From Lama glama (taxonomy: Eukaryota): a stretch of DNA of 64,000 nt. Every line of letters starts with the position of its first letter. The first letter of the stretch is position 1. Both the position numbers and the translations under genes were made by a program. Below the pieces are notes generated by a model. That model saw only the letters and a list, made by a program, of their open reading frames with translations, did no database searches and was not told the DNA's origin. Below, piece by piece: positions 1 through 11,564 of the stretch. The DNA is taken from NCBI GenBank assembly GCA_028534125.1, contig CM052816.1, positions 99,202,001-99,266,000 on the forward strand, in the 5' to 3' direction.

Positions 1-1594
1 CCCCCTCCTTTTAAAGGGTGCCATGCATCCGAATTTTCATCTTAACTGGTACAAAACTCTGCCAGGAGAACCTCATAAAATTTAAAAATAGGGAGGCTGT
101 GCAGACAGGAAGCTGTCTTGTCGAAACCCATTGTAGTTAAATTGCTTGGAACTTTTTAATAAACGTAACCTTTAAGAGCAGGCTGTAATCAGGTTAATTT
201 TTATTTAAGAAGATCATAAAATTAGAATCTTTAAGGCTTTTCTTTAACTGGTGTTAATTAGATTCCTGTCCTTGGAACACTTTTAATATTAATATTTCAC
301 CATGGTTTAAAATTACTTTCTTTAATTGCAGGTCTGGCCGCCCTGTATTAGCTCTAACACCCAGTTATTCTAATTTTCTGTAATAAGAGCAGTAAGTCCC
401 AGCCCCTCCCTCCTGAGTCCACGGAAACCTGCTAATGAGAATACAGCTCACAATCAGGCTTGAAAGGTTAAAAGAGTGTGAACCTGAGAATGCCCTCCAG
501 GGCGGTTGGCACCAGAAAGGCCCAGGGCTTGTGCTTTTATTTTGGTGGGGGCGTCCTCTGCAATTTATGCAGTGCTAAGATTTCACAGGGGTGACTCTCC
601 GCCCCGTGGAGGGGACCTAGGGACTGACCCGAACTCCCAGGGAGCGCACACCCCGTCGTCTCACCAGAGAGGGGCATAATCCGCTCCCCAGTCTCATTTT
701 AGTGAGGGTCTTGTTTTAATTAAGAATTAAGCGTGATAGCAGATAATCGCCCCTCCCAGGTGTCGTAAGATTTGAGCTGCAGCTGTGAATCCAGCAGCCA
801 GTGGGGTGATTACCCCATGATCACCACACCCCAGGGTTGCCCTACTGAAGGTCCCAGAACAGCGAGCAGGGCTCCATGGCTGGCAGGGCCGTGGGCTGCC
901 TGGAGCAGACAGGGCTGGGCCTGGAGACTGGGTGGAAGGCTGGTGGCTCCTCCATGGGGTGAGTTCGCACAGACACACAGACCTCATCCTAGACCCTCAG
1001 AATTAAGGAAAAGGAGAACTGGGGGTGGTTTTCCACGAGATCTCAGCCAGAACCGTGAAGAGCGCCCAGGCTGGGGCTCTCCAGAGTGCCCTAGTGCACG
1101 GAGGCCAAGCCCAGCCTGCAGGACGGCTCTCCCTGACTCGATTCCAGACTTCCATGTCTTCTCAGGCCTGGGGATGCTAGTTAGGGAGGATGTGGGTCAA
1201 GTTCAAATCAAATTTAGAAACACATCATCTCCAAGGAGATGATGGCTGGTCTGTTTTGCACATTTCCCCTGAAAACTAGGTGGATATTTCTGCTTGTTGG
1301 TTTATATACAGCAGGTGACTCCTGAGCAAGTCAAGGACAGGTCCCTATCACAGACCCCCTGGCTTTCAGGACCACTGACTGCACTGCAGCGCCTCTCCTG
1401 GGGCTCACATGTAACTGCCCAGAGCACTTAAAAGCCAGTGTTCAGATGTGTTTTTCTGATGTGTTTGGGCCCCCAGAGGGGATAGAAGAAGTGGAACCTT
1501 TGCTGGCATGTGCATCAAAGTCAGCTTATGTGTTCTGTCCACTGTGAGGCAGCCGGGGTAAGATCTGAGGGCACATACTCTTCTTGTGAGCCTG

Positions 1595-1787
1595 GAAAAG
1601 CGCACAGAGCCCTGGGAGTGGTACTGGACAGCCCCTGTTCAAATCCCAGCTCTTTCTGGCTGTGACTCTAGGCCAGTACCTAAACCCTCTGTACCTTGGT
1701 TTCCTCATCTGTAAAGGGGAGCAGGAATACGTGTTGACTTTGTGGGCTTCCTATGAAAATATGTATGCGTGAATATTTGGAAAGCAT
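1595..1787 (+). mobile_element. MIR SINE (5' part), interrupted by an MLT1 LTR; probable tail resumes near 2200-2235
   Basis: MIR core-like sequence 'gttcaaatcccagctct...tgtgactctaggccagtacctaaaccctctgtaccttggtttcctcatctgtaaagggg'; tail-like 'catagtaagtgctaattgttcatta' after the LTR. Confidence 0.8.
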
Positions 1788-2177
1788 AGTGAGGTTAACA
1801 ATGTCCCTCAAAATGTGTGCCCGCTAAGAACCTCAGAGTGAGACCTTATTTGCAAAGAAGGTTTCTGTAGATGGAATTAGTTAAGGAACACAGGATGAAA
1901 ATCGCGTGGCTGGAGGTGGGCCCTGTAGCCAATGACTGGTGTCTTTCTACGGCACATAGAAGAGAAGGTGATGTAAAGACGGAGACAGAGGTTGGGCATC
2001 GTACTACCAGCCTAGGGACGCTAAGCCCTGCAGACACCGCTGGAAGCTAACTCCCCCTCAGGAGAAACCAGCGCTGATAACACCGGGATTCTGGATTCCG
2101 TTAGAAAATACATTTCTTTTATTTCATGCCAAACTGCATGGGATAACCTTGTATAGCAGATCTAGGAAATTCATCCA
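1788..2177 (+). mobile_element. MaLR solo LTR, MLT1B/C-like
   Basis: MLT1 motifs 'gaacctcagagtgagaccttatttgcaaa', 'ccaatgactggtgtctt', 'gatgtaaagacggagacagagg' and 3' end 'gtatagcagatctaggaaattcatcca'. Confidence 0.8.
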
Positions 2178-3321
2178 GAATTTCATCATTCAGCTAATAT
2201 TGACTGGACCATAGTAAGTGCTAATTGTTCATTACATAAAATTTTACAGAAAATATCTTTTCAAAAGATGCCTTTCACGACTTTGATCAACTCTTCAGTC
2301 TGGAGATGGATACGTATACAGTGTTCAGACAGTGACTAGCATATATAAGGTACCTAAAAATATGAATACTGTTTCCAATATTGACTCCCGTAGCAGTCCT
2401 GTGGGTGAGATGAGTTGGTACACTGACAATTATAGAACAACCTGAAAATGCAATGTGATGTCAGAGGCTGTTTAAAAGCTGAAATCAGGGGCGCGCTTCC
2501 AAAAGGGAATGGACCCTAGGAGAATCTTAACAAGTGATGGAGAGTTATTAGGGCAAAATGGGTGGGACCATTAGGGACAGGCTCTCAACATGCAAGAACA
2601 TATGTCCACCGGACCAAAAGTGTTCATTTAGAAATGAAATAGCACCCATAGTGTTGAAGTCCCCATGACAGCCTTTCAAACCACATCACCCTCCACACCG
2701 TGCCCCCCATGTCCAGAGTTGACCATGATCTCAAATTTAGCTTCCACTATTCCCAAGCTTCTCTGAATATTTATCATATGTAAACTTTATCTTGAAACAA
2801 TAAATATTTAATTTTTAATTTATCTAAATAGTGTCATAAATATCTGTAGAAATATCCTTTTTATGAGAGCCTTCTGTGTTGGTTTTGTTGTCCTGGTTCG
2901 TTGATATCCCTTCTGCATTAGAATGTGAATCTCTTCCTGGATTAATTGATGGCTTCTCCAGTAGAAGACATTTAGATTGATCAAATTTTTTTTGTACAAA
3001 CCTTTCCGCCATGAACATTCACACGCAGGTCTCCCTGTGAACACTGGCCGTGGGGCGAACGTAGCCATGCGAGGGATGGCAGTGCTATAAAAGATGTGCA
3101 GTTTCAGCTCTATTAGGTGTTTAGTCATTGCCTACTTCCACTGCCACCAGGACTCATCCGTGTTCATGATGGTTTCATCTTGACCAATGTGGGTAATTTC
3201 AAAAATCTGTAAATTTTACCTGTCTGAGGAACAGAAAGAAAACATCTCCTGATTACTAAGTTGACTGAGCATCTGTTTACCTGTTTATGAACCATGCTAC
3301 TTCTGAAAACTGTCAGATTCT

Positions 3322-3440
3322 TTCTTTTTTTTTAACTGAAGTACTGTCAGTTTACCATGTGTCAGTTTCTAGTGTGTAGCACAATGTTTCAGCCACACAT
3401 ATGCACGCATATATTTGTTTTCAGATTCTTTTTCATTATT
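3322..3440 (-). mobile_element. Short 5'-truncated young L1 3' end (cetartiodactyl-type tail)
   Basis: Poly-T then 'aactgaagtactgtcagtttaccatgtgtcagtttctagtgtgtagcacaatg', the reverse complement of the L1 tail seen at 15.9, 37.2, 49.0 and 61.9 kb. Confidence 0.8.
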
Positions 3441-3992
3441 TCTTTTATTCATATTTCAGTTTTGTGTTTTTCCTGTTCTCATGGAATGGCAGTCTGTTCT
3501 ACATTCTGAATATTGCTCCCGTGTCAGTTTTATATCTCGAAAACATCTTCTCCCAGTTTTTTTAAAATTGTTTTCTCACTATTTTAATTGTGACTTTTGC
3601 TAAACAAAATTGTAAATTTACATAATGAAGTAGAAATGACCAATATTTTTCTTTATAGTTTATCCTCTCCATTCTATTTAAGGAAATCTCTTATTCACTG
3701 GGTAAGATATTTTCTGGTATTTTTAAAATGCTTTTAAAATATACCTTTCACATCTGCATGCCTAACCTTTGAGAGTTAATTGTTTCGTATTAATGCAGTA
3801 GCATTCCTTTTTCCTTTATTTTTTTTTAATTTAAAAACTAGTCATGCGAATTTATTTATTGAAATTTCCTTTCCACGTGGAGCTATGTGCTGTTTCTGTC
3901 ATCCATCAATCTTCCCTAACATGTGAACGTCTAGGTTTTCTGTTCTATTTTATTTTATCTTTGTGGCAATGACATCAGCTTTGTAATGTCTT

Positions 3993-5065
3993 TTTTAAAA
4001 AATTGAAGTATAAATGACTTTCACTGTTATATTAGTTTCAGGTGTACCATATACTGATTCGATATTTTTATACATTACAAATTGATCACCATAATAAGCC
4101 TAGTTACCACGCAAAGATACTACAGTACTATTGACAATATTCCCCATGCTCTACATTGCATCCTCTTGACATTTATTTTGTAAGAGTTCATCCCACTTAA
4201 CTCCCTCTGCCTCTTTCACCCATCATCCCACCCCCTCCCTTCTGGCAACAATTGCTTTGTTCTCTGTATCTATGGTTCTGTTTTTGTTTTGTTTGCTCGT
4301 TTGTTTTTTGACTCCCTCTAGTTTCATCCATGTTGTTATAAAGGATAGAATTTCATTAAATTTATGACTGATTAATATTTCATTATTTACAAAATAAAAT
4401 ATTGTGTGTTATAAAATATTATTAAAATAATGTGTATTATTTTATGGCTGAGTGTATATAATCTAGACCAGATCTTCTTTCTCCGTTGATCCAGTCATCG
4501 TGGCACTTAGGTTACTACCATATGTTGGCTTTTGTAAATTATGCTGCAAACAAACATGGATGTGCTTATGCTTTTTTAAATTATTATTTTTATTTTCTTT
4601 GGATAAATACCCAGATGTGAAGTTGCTGGATCTTTCTATTTTAAAATTTTTGAGAAACATCCATAATGTTTTCCACAGTGGCTGCACTGATTTACATTCC
4701 CTTGTTTCCACATCCTCACCAACACTTGTTATTTGTTGTGTTTTTAATAATAATTATTCTGACAGGTGGCAGGGGTGGAATGAGTGATAACTCATTGTGG
4801 TCTTGATTTGTGTTTCCCTGATAAATAGGGAATAACTCTTTAAACATCTTTTCATGTGTCTGTTGGTCATCTGTACATCTTTGGAAAAATATCTGCTCAG
4901 GTCCTCTGTCCAATATTTAATTGATTTTTTTGTTTTTTGCTATTGACTTGTATGAGTTCTTTGTATGTTTTGACTATTAATCTCGTATTAGACATACAAT
5001 TTGTAAACATCTTCTCCCATTCGATAGGTGGTCTTTTTGTTTTATTGATGGTTTCCTTTACTGTA
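3993..5065 (-). mobile_element. 5'-truncated L1 (ORF2 C-terminus plus 3'UTR) inserted into an older L1M
   Basis: Minus-strand ORFs give L1 ORF2 C-terminal peptides (KETINKTKRPPIEWEKMF; VQPLWKTLWMFLK); candidate 11-bp TSD tgtaa(t/a)gtctt at 3982-3992 and 5066-5076. Confidence 0.88.
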
Positions 5066-6480
5066 TGTAAAGTCTTGGTAACAAGTAAAGCAAATCTCCT
5101 CATTTTGTTCTTTAAAATGTCTTTGCTGTTTGCTATGCTTTTTCTTTAAAAATCAGCTGATTAATTTTAGTGATGAAAATGTTTTGGAATTTCATTTGGA
5201 ATTATGTAAAATATGTAATTTTGTGGTAATTAACATTTATAAATTATATTTTTCAATCCATTAATTTATCAATATCTTTCAATCAAGAATTATCATTTTC
5301 TTAAATTCTTGCAGGATGATTTGCTAGATTTATTTTCAGTTAGATTAAATTTTGTTGTTATTGCAAATTTTGCTTATAATTGGACTAACTGTGCAAAGGT
5401 GACTAATAGAAATGTTCATTTTTGTATATTTATCTTATATTCAGCAGTTTGACTTAAATCTCATATTAGCTATAATAAATTGTCTATAGATTTTGCATAT
5501 AGACAGAACACTGTCTCTATCAGGAATTTTTGTTTTCCTTTACAATATTCATGCTTTTATTATCAATTTGTTGCTCATCTTGCCTCATAGACAAGGAACA
5601 TGTGTAGTGTTGAATTTAGGCAGGAAATTATTGATTCAGTATTGATCTTAAAGAGAATATTTCTAATATCCCAACATTAAGACTATCTGCTATAGGTTTT
5701 GGGTAGATGTTTCATATTAGATTGACACATTTCTATTTTTAGTTTGCAATCAAGGTGTTAAAATTTATCTAATTTTTAATCTGTATGTGCTGAGAAGAAC
5801 ATACTGAGATGAACAAATGTTTTGTCATCTAACATGTGAATGAAAACTTTGATCCACATGGAATTTATTATAATATAATCTGTCGGATAGGAAATCCAAT
5901 TTTATTCTATTTTTAAAATACGACTGCTTATTTGCCCTAGTGTGAAATGCTAAGCAGCAGTTCATTAGTCTCCTTTTCACCATTTTGAATGTCACTTTTG
6001 TAAAATAATAAACCTCTGTATATGTTGTTCTATATCTATACTTTTAGCCAAATTTTTTGGCAAAAATCATCTGTTTTTTCATGCATCAGTACCATTGTAT
6101 TTTAACTGTTTGTAGCTTTATAATACCTTTTAATACCTGACAGATCTGTTCTTCCTCATTCTTTCCACAAAATTTATGATTATGTTTATTCATTTATATA
6201 AACATTAATAGACTTAAAAAACGAAAAAATCCTCTAGAATTCTAATTGACATTTCTATTGGAATCACAATAAAAAATGCTTCAGCTATTGTTTAATAAAC
6301 ATACTGTGCACATTAAAATTTTTATACAATTGATGTTGTGAATATATGCTTATTTCTCTACCAAGCAATTTTCAAAAGTGTTTCTACCATTTTCTATTCT
6401 TACCAACAATGTGTAAGAGTTCCAATTACTCATTAACCTTTGTTGTTATCTTTTTTTAACTTTTAGTCATTCTAGTGGTG
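5066..6480 (-). mobile_element. Highly degraded ancient L1M fragments (host element also present at ~3200-3990)
   Basis: T-rich sequence with antisense L1 ORF2-like motifs such as 'gatcttaaagagaatatttctaatat' and 'accattttctattcttaccaacaatgtgtaagagttcc'. Confidence 0.6.
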
Positions 6481-6529
6481 GTGGTTGTGTCTCCAAATTC
6501 TGCAGACAAGGCTTTGTCACATCATAAGG

Positions 6530-6840
6530 GCCAAAAATGTGTAACAAATCTGACGTCCATAAGCAGAATAAGGCTTGAGATTTGCTCATACAGTAGAATA
6601 CCACTCAGCATTAGAAAGGAACTGCTTACACACACAACAGGAAAAATTATGTATTAGACATTATACTGAGCAAAAGAAAACAGTCACAAAATAAAATGTA
6701 CAGTGTATGGTTTCAGTTACATATATTCTAAAAGCAGGTACAACTGATGTATAAAAACAGGTGTCCCAATAGCAGATGCATGTAACTAGAGACAGAGAGT
6801 TGAAAGTGTCAAGAGGGAAATTTCAGTGGTGGTAAAAATA
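6530..6840 (+). mobile_element. Ancient L1 (L1MD/ME-like) 3' fragment
   Basis: 'catacagtagaataccactcagca...gacattatactgagcaaaagaaaacagtcacaaaa...tacagtgtatggtttc' matches the old L1 ORF2-end/3'UTR pattern. Confidence 0.65.
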
Positions 6841-7369
6841 GTCCAGGAACCCTCAGTTTTCTGTCTTCTTTCACAAACATAACTGGGGAAATGGAGTCTT
6901 TATTCCAGTGGGTGGGCCCAACTGAGATGCTGGGACCCTAGTCCTAAAACAGTTCTGCAAAGAAAGACACTCATGCTGCAGACAACCCACAGGTTTTGCC
7001 ACCAAGCACCAGTGGTATCCTTGGTTTGGTGGAAGTTGTTTTTTTTTTTGTTGTTGTTGCTGTTTGTTTGTTTGTTTTTCTGTGGAATGTTTTGTATAGC
7101 CTTTCTGGCTGGATATGGAATTCTAGGGTCTTGAGTTTTAATTCTACAAATTTGCTCCTCTGTCTTTTCATACTGGTTACAACTGCAAGAGAGCACAAGG
7201 CTTTCCCACTGTAATGGTGACTTGATCTTTCAGCTTGACTATCAAAACAGATCCTTTCTTTATTTTGAAGTTTAAAAAATGTGTTATAATAGCATAATGC
7301 TGCTTATTTTATGGGACCTAGTATGCCTTTTCAAGTTGCAGGTTGAAGTTTTATTTTATTTTTGCAACT

Positions 7370-7460
7370 TAGCATGTGGAGGACCACTGCCTGTGTTTAA
7401 ATTCTGGGTTTGCCACTTAGAAAGTTGTGTCACATTGAGTAAGTTAGTTAACTCACTCTC
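7370..7460 (+). mobile_element. MIR fragment
   Basis: 'gtttaaattctgggtttgccacttagaaagttgtgtcacattgagtaagttagttaactcactct' resembles the MIR core. Confidence 0.6.
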
Positions 7461-7466
7461 ATGATG

Positions 7467-7485
7467 CACACAGACACACATGCAT

Positions 7486-7519
<34 letters not shown>

Positions 7520-7520
7520 G
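7467..7520. repeat. (CA)n microsatellite followed by (TA)n
   Basis: Directly visible dinucleotide runs. Confidence 0.95.
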
Positions 7521-7564
7521 TGAAGAGAGAGCACTTAAACCAATACCAGCCATAGGACAACCAC

Positions 7565-7813
7565 CAATGATGTGCTGGTAAATAATTACAACAGCCAGTT
7601 TTCCAAAGGAAAAGTAAAAAAAAGAAAAAAAAGAAAGAAAAAAAAGTAAACAAATAAAATATCTTTATCTGCAACATATGCCAGTTTCTATGCTGTAAAC
7701 CTTCACCAAGACCAGTTCCCAGCTGCCACTCATGGCAACATCACCGAACCTAAAGGTGGGGAGAAACATGGGCATCTACTCTCGAGCAGTAAAGCCAGCT
7801 CCAGCCTCGCTGG
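7565..7813. mobile_element. Possible old non-autonomous DNA transposon remnant (hAT-like)
   Basis: Degenerate inverted termini 'caatgatgtgctggtaaa' and 'gccagctccagcctcgctg'; family not determined. Confidence 0.35.
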
Positions 7814-9555
7814 TTAAGGACTATACGTGCGCCAGCTGTCAGTATTTTTGGTCTAATTTCTTTTGCCCAGTGGCAGCCTCCTGCTGGTTGGAGTTCTTTG
7901 CCTGTGTTTATTTTCTGCCCCACTCCTCCTTTTCTCTTACAATATGTGTGTAGCACCTAGTACGATGATTGGTCTTCTTTGATTATGACTCATATTTGAA
8001 TTAGGCTAGTTTTCCTGCACTAGAGTGTGCTGGAGAATCATTGCTCGGAGAGGTCAGGACATGACCTTGAGTGAGTCTCCTAATGGTGCAGAGGTATGTG
8101 TGGGAGTGAGTTCTGTTAGCCTTTCTCCTCCCCAAATTCTGCACAACAGAGTGACAGCTTTTCACCACGCAGGGATGCTCAGTTCATCCTTTCACCCATG
8201 GCAGATGGCTGCCTGCAAAGACAACCAAGGTCTGGACTTCCTGCTTCCATGTTTATCCCCATCTTCCTGTTTCCTGAAACCACACCAAGCTATAGTCACT
8301 GATTCTCACAGGTGATTCTACCACCTGTGTGCTCAAGAGGGGTTGTGTATTTTCCCCACAGAGCGACCACTCACTTGGAATGGCAGTGTGCCAGCAGCCT
8401 CAGCTTTGCTGTCTTGAGTCCCGCCCTCAGCATCTTCTGTATCCTTTGCCTGCTCAACACTTGGCATCCCCTCCTCACATTCTGTGGTTCAGGTTTGCAG
8501 ATGTCTCCTACGTTCATCAAATACGGAGTTTGCATATGGCTTCCTGTGGTCCTGTTGCTCTTGGGTGTTTTCCCAGAAGAGAGGAGAGATTGCCCTCTTT
8601 ATTCCAAAGTAAGAATCTGAAACTGGAAGGGAAACTGTCCTCCTGTCTCATCCTCGCATCTCATGCTTCCAGCTCAGCCTCTCTCTAGACAAAGCGCCTT
8701 GGGTAACTCCTCTCTCTCTAGCTTCTTCTTTATTCCTCTTTCTTTCCTTTGGTTCTTTCCATTGTGATGATTAAATAGATACATATCTTTGCTACCAAAA
8801 TGGAAGAAAAAAGACAAAGATCAGGAATCAGAGGAAAAACAAAAGCAAAGAAAGAAAACCTCACTGAAACTCATGCCCCAGCAGCCATTCTCTCCCTGAG
8901 TTTGAGTTTGTTGGGACAGCTGTTGTCATGGACGTTTTACTGGGGAGAATAAAGAATACTGTAGCGAAAAACATGTACTTTCCATCAAACCTTAACAAAA
9001 CTTAACGTTTTTATATATTTACTTCAGGTATTTTCTTAAGAAGAACAAACCACACAGGGAAGGAATTGAAAGGCCCTGTGCACCCTCTTCTCACTCCCAG
9101 CGCTGTTTTTCCTCCCAGATGGAACTGCTCTCTTAATTTTTGTGTTTATGCTGCCTTATTTCCATATTAATACATTATACATTTGTATTTTTGAAATTAT
9201 ATAAATGGCATTATATCATGTATATATGCCTCCAACCTCTGTATGTTGCTCAACATCAAGGTTTTTTTTGTTGTTGTTTGTTTGTTTGTTTTTGCACATA
9301 CCCATGTTGATACATCCTGTGCTAGCTCAGGAGTTTGAACTGTGTATTGTTCTCACATGTGAACATGCTACCATGCAGCTATTCATTCTCCTACTAAGAG
9401 ACGTACATTGTTTCCATATTTTGCTTTTGCTAATGCAATATAACACAAGTACTACAATGGATATGGCTTTCCATCTCTCCCCACACACTTCTCCCTTTAA
9501 ATGATGCTCATCTTCAGCTTTGCTAGTGTGGTGGCAGGCGTATGTTGGGAAGCTG

Positions 9556-9887
9556 GAGTACAGTGTTTGTGTCCCTCCAAAATTCATATGTGGAAACCTA
9601 ACCCCTAATGGGATGTTATCAGGAAGTGGGATCTCTGGAAGGTGATTGGGTCAGGAGAGTGGAGCCCCCATGGGTGGGATCGATACTCATAAAAGAAACC
9701 CTTTCTGCCATGTGAGGATGCAATGATAAGACGTCTGTCTATGAACCAGGAGGCCCTCACCAGATACCTGATCTGGAGCCTGGATCTTGGACACCGTAGC
9801 CTCAGAAACTATGAGAAATTCATTCCTGTTGTTTATAAGCCACCAGTCTCTGGTACTCTGTTTCAGCAGCCTGAACAGACGAAGACA
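9556..9887 (+). mobile_element. MaLR solo LTR, MLT1A-like
   Basis: 'gtttgtgtccctccaaaattcatatgtggaaacctaacccctaat', 'tgccatgtgaggatgcaa', 'gttgtttataagccaccagtct...cagcagcctgaacagacgaagaca'. Confidence 0.9.
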
Positions 9888-10419
9888 CAGAGTGCTCTAT
9901 TTTCCTATTTCCAGCCCCTGCTTTCTGTCCCTGTAATCCTAGTCTCTTTGTTGCTCCAATTCCACCAAGCAAACATTCTGAGAATGCACTGGCCACCGTG
10001 AGAAACAAAGACTGAAATCCACAAAGCTTCTTTTCCTTTCTGATGGAAAAGGAGAGGGAAACCTAAGAGGTGATGTGAAGTGGAGAAGATATTCACTCTG
10101 AAGAGATGAGCAATCCTGAGGGAGGGAAGGAGAGGAAGTTTTTCCCTTTCAAGGACAAAGGAGTGATGAGGAAGGAATAAATGGTTGAGACATCACCTGA
10201 GGACAACACTTTGTTGTTCCAGGAACATGGCAGGGGAGGATGCAAAAAGATATTCAGGGGATCGGGGCATGAAAGGAGACCCACCAGGGCCAAGACAGGC
10301 TCAACTAGAACCAGAAGGAGGGGACTTAATGGTAATCACAGCTGAGCTCCTAAATTGCTCTCAACATCTTTCATTAGTGTAGACTCCCTGACATCTATGT
10401 AAATTCACTGTTTTTCCAT

Positions 10420-11120
10420 CATTCTTGGTGATGTTGTCAATATTAGGTATTTATAATTTTCCTAATCTAAAGACTATGCCAGTACCTCGCTGTGGTTTTT
10501 AATTGCAGTTCCTTGATTTCTAGTAAAATCAGGCTTCTTTCTCTTGTCTTTTGGTTGTGTTTATTGTCTATAGTTTTCTTGTCTATATGTTTTGTTTTTT
10601 TCTTTTAGATAGTGAGATAAATATTTATCAGGTTATGAAGTTATATTTTATTTTTAATTTGCTACTTGTATCATAAATGGACAAGGAATTTTATTAAGTG
10701 TTTTGTGCATCTTTAAGATGATCAAAGGTAATTTTCCCTTAAACTTCTAATTTAGTGTATAATATGAATAGACTTTCTGATGCTTAACTGTCTCTGCATT
10801 TCTTAGATATAGCTGACTTTGTTGCATTTTAATTAATTTTGCATCTGTATTCATAGAAAGATTAGTTTTTGAAGATTCTTACATATTTTTATGTAAAGTT
10901 TTAGATCATTTATAACAGCCTTAAAATTTGAATTAGGTAGTGCTCATTTTTTCCCTAGATTTTGAATATTTGATAAAAAAAGAAATACGGATTATCTGTT
11001 TCCTTGAATGGATTAAACATTTTTGGCTGTAAAATTTTATGGGGTGGATATATTTTTATGGTGAGATTTAGTGGAGTGAGGGGAAGCGGAAAATTTTATT
11101 ACTGATTCAGTTTCTTTTAT
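10420..11120 (-). mobile_element. Degraded ancient L1M fragments
   Basis: Antisense L1-like motifs 'tacctcgctgtggtttttaattgcagttccttgatttctagt' and 'aattttgcatctgtattcatag'. Confidence 0.55.
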
Positions 11121-11122
11121 GG

Positions 11123-11564
11123 TTATGGTAGACCGAATGATCTGAAGATAACTCATCTCAGTCCCCAGAATCTCTGGATATTACCTTGTACTGCAAAATG
11201 AGAAGAGTGCCTTGGGGTATACAGGTGCACCCTATATATATATATATTACCACAGGTATCCTTGCAAGAGGGAGACAGAGGGAGATTTGACCTCAGAAGA
11301 GAAGGTGATGCAATGATGGAAGCAAGAGGTTGAAGAGATGCAGGGATTGGTCATAATCCTGGGACTGCAGGCAGCACCCAGGGCCAGGAAAAGTAAAGAA
11401 ACAATTCTCTGGAGGCTCCAGAAGGACCTCATCTGCGGACACTTTGACTGTAACCCAGAAAAATTGAGTGCAGACTTCTGGTCTCCAGAAATATAAGACA
11501 TTAAAATGGTTTTGAGCCACCAAGTTTGTTTTGATTTGTTAGATAGAAATAGAAGGCAGATACA
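11123..11564 (+). mobile_element. MaLR solo LTR, MLT1D-like
   Basis: 'agagggagacagagggagatttgac', 'gacttctggtctccagaa', 'gagccaccaagtttg...ttgttag...gcagataca'. Confidence 0.88.

Noticed and set aside
772..1242. 156-aa ORF
   Set aside because: Non-ATG start, Pro/Arg/Gly/Trp-rich composition typical of non-coding GC-rich DNA, no known motif
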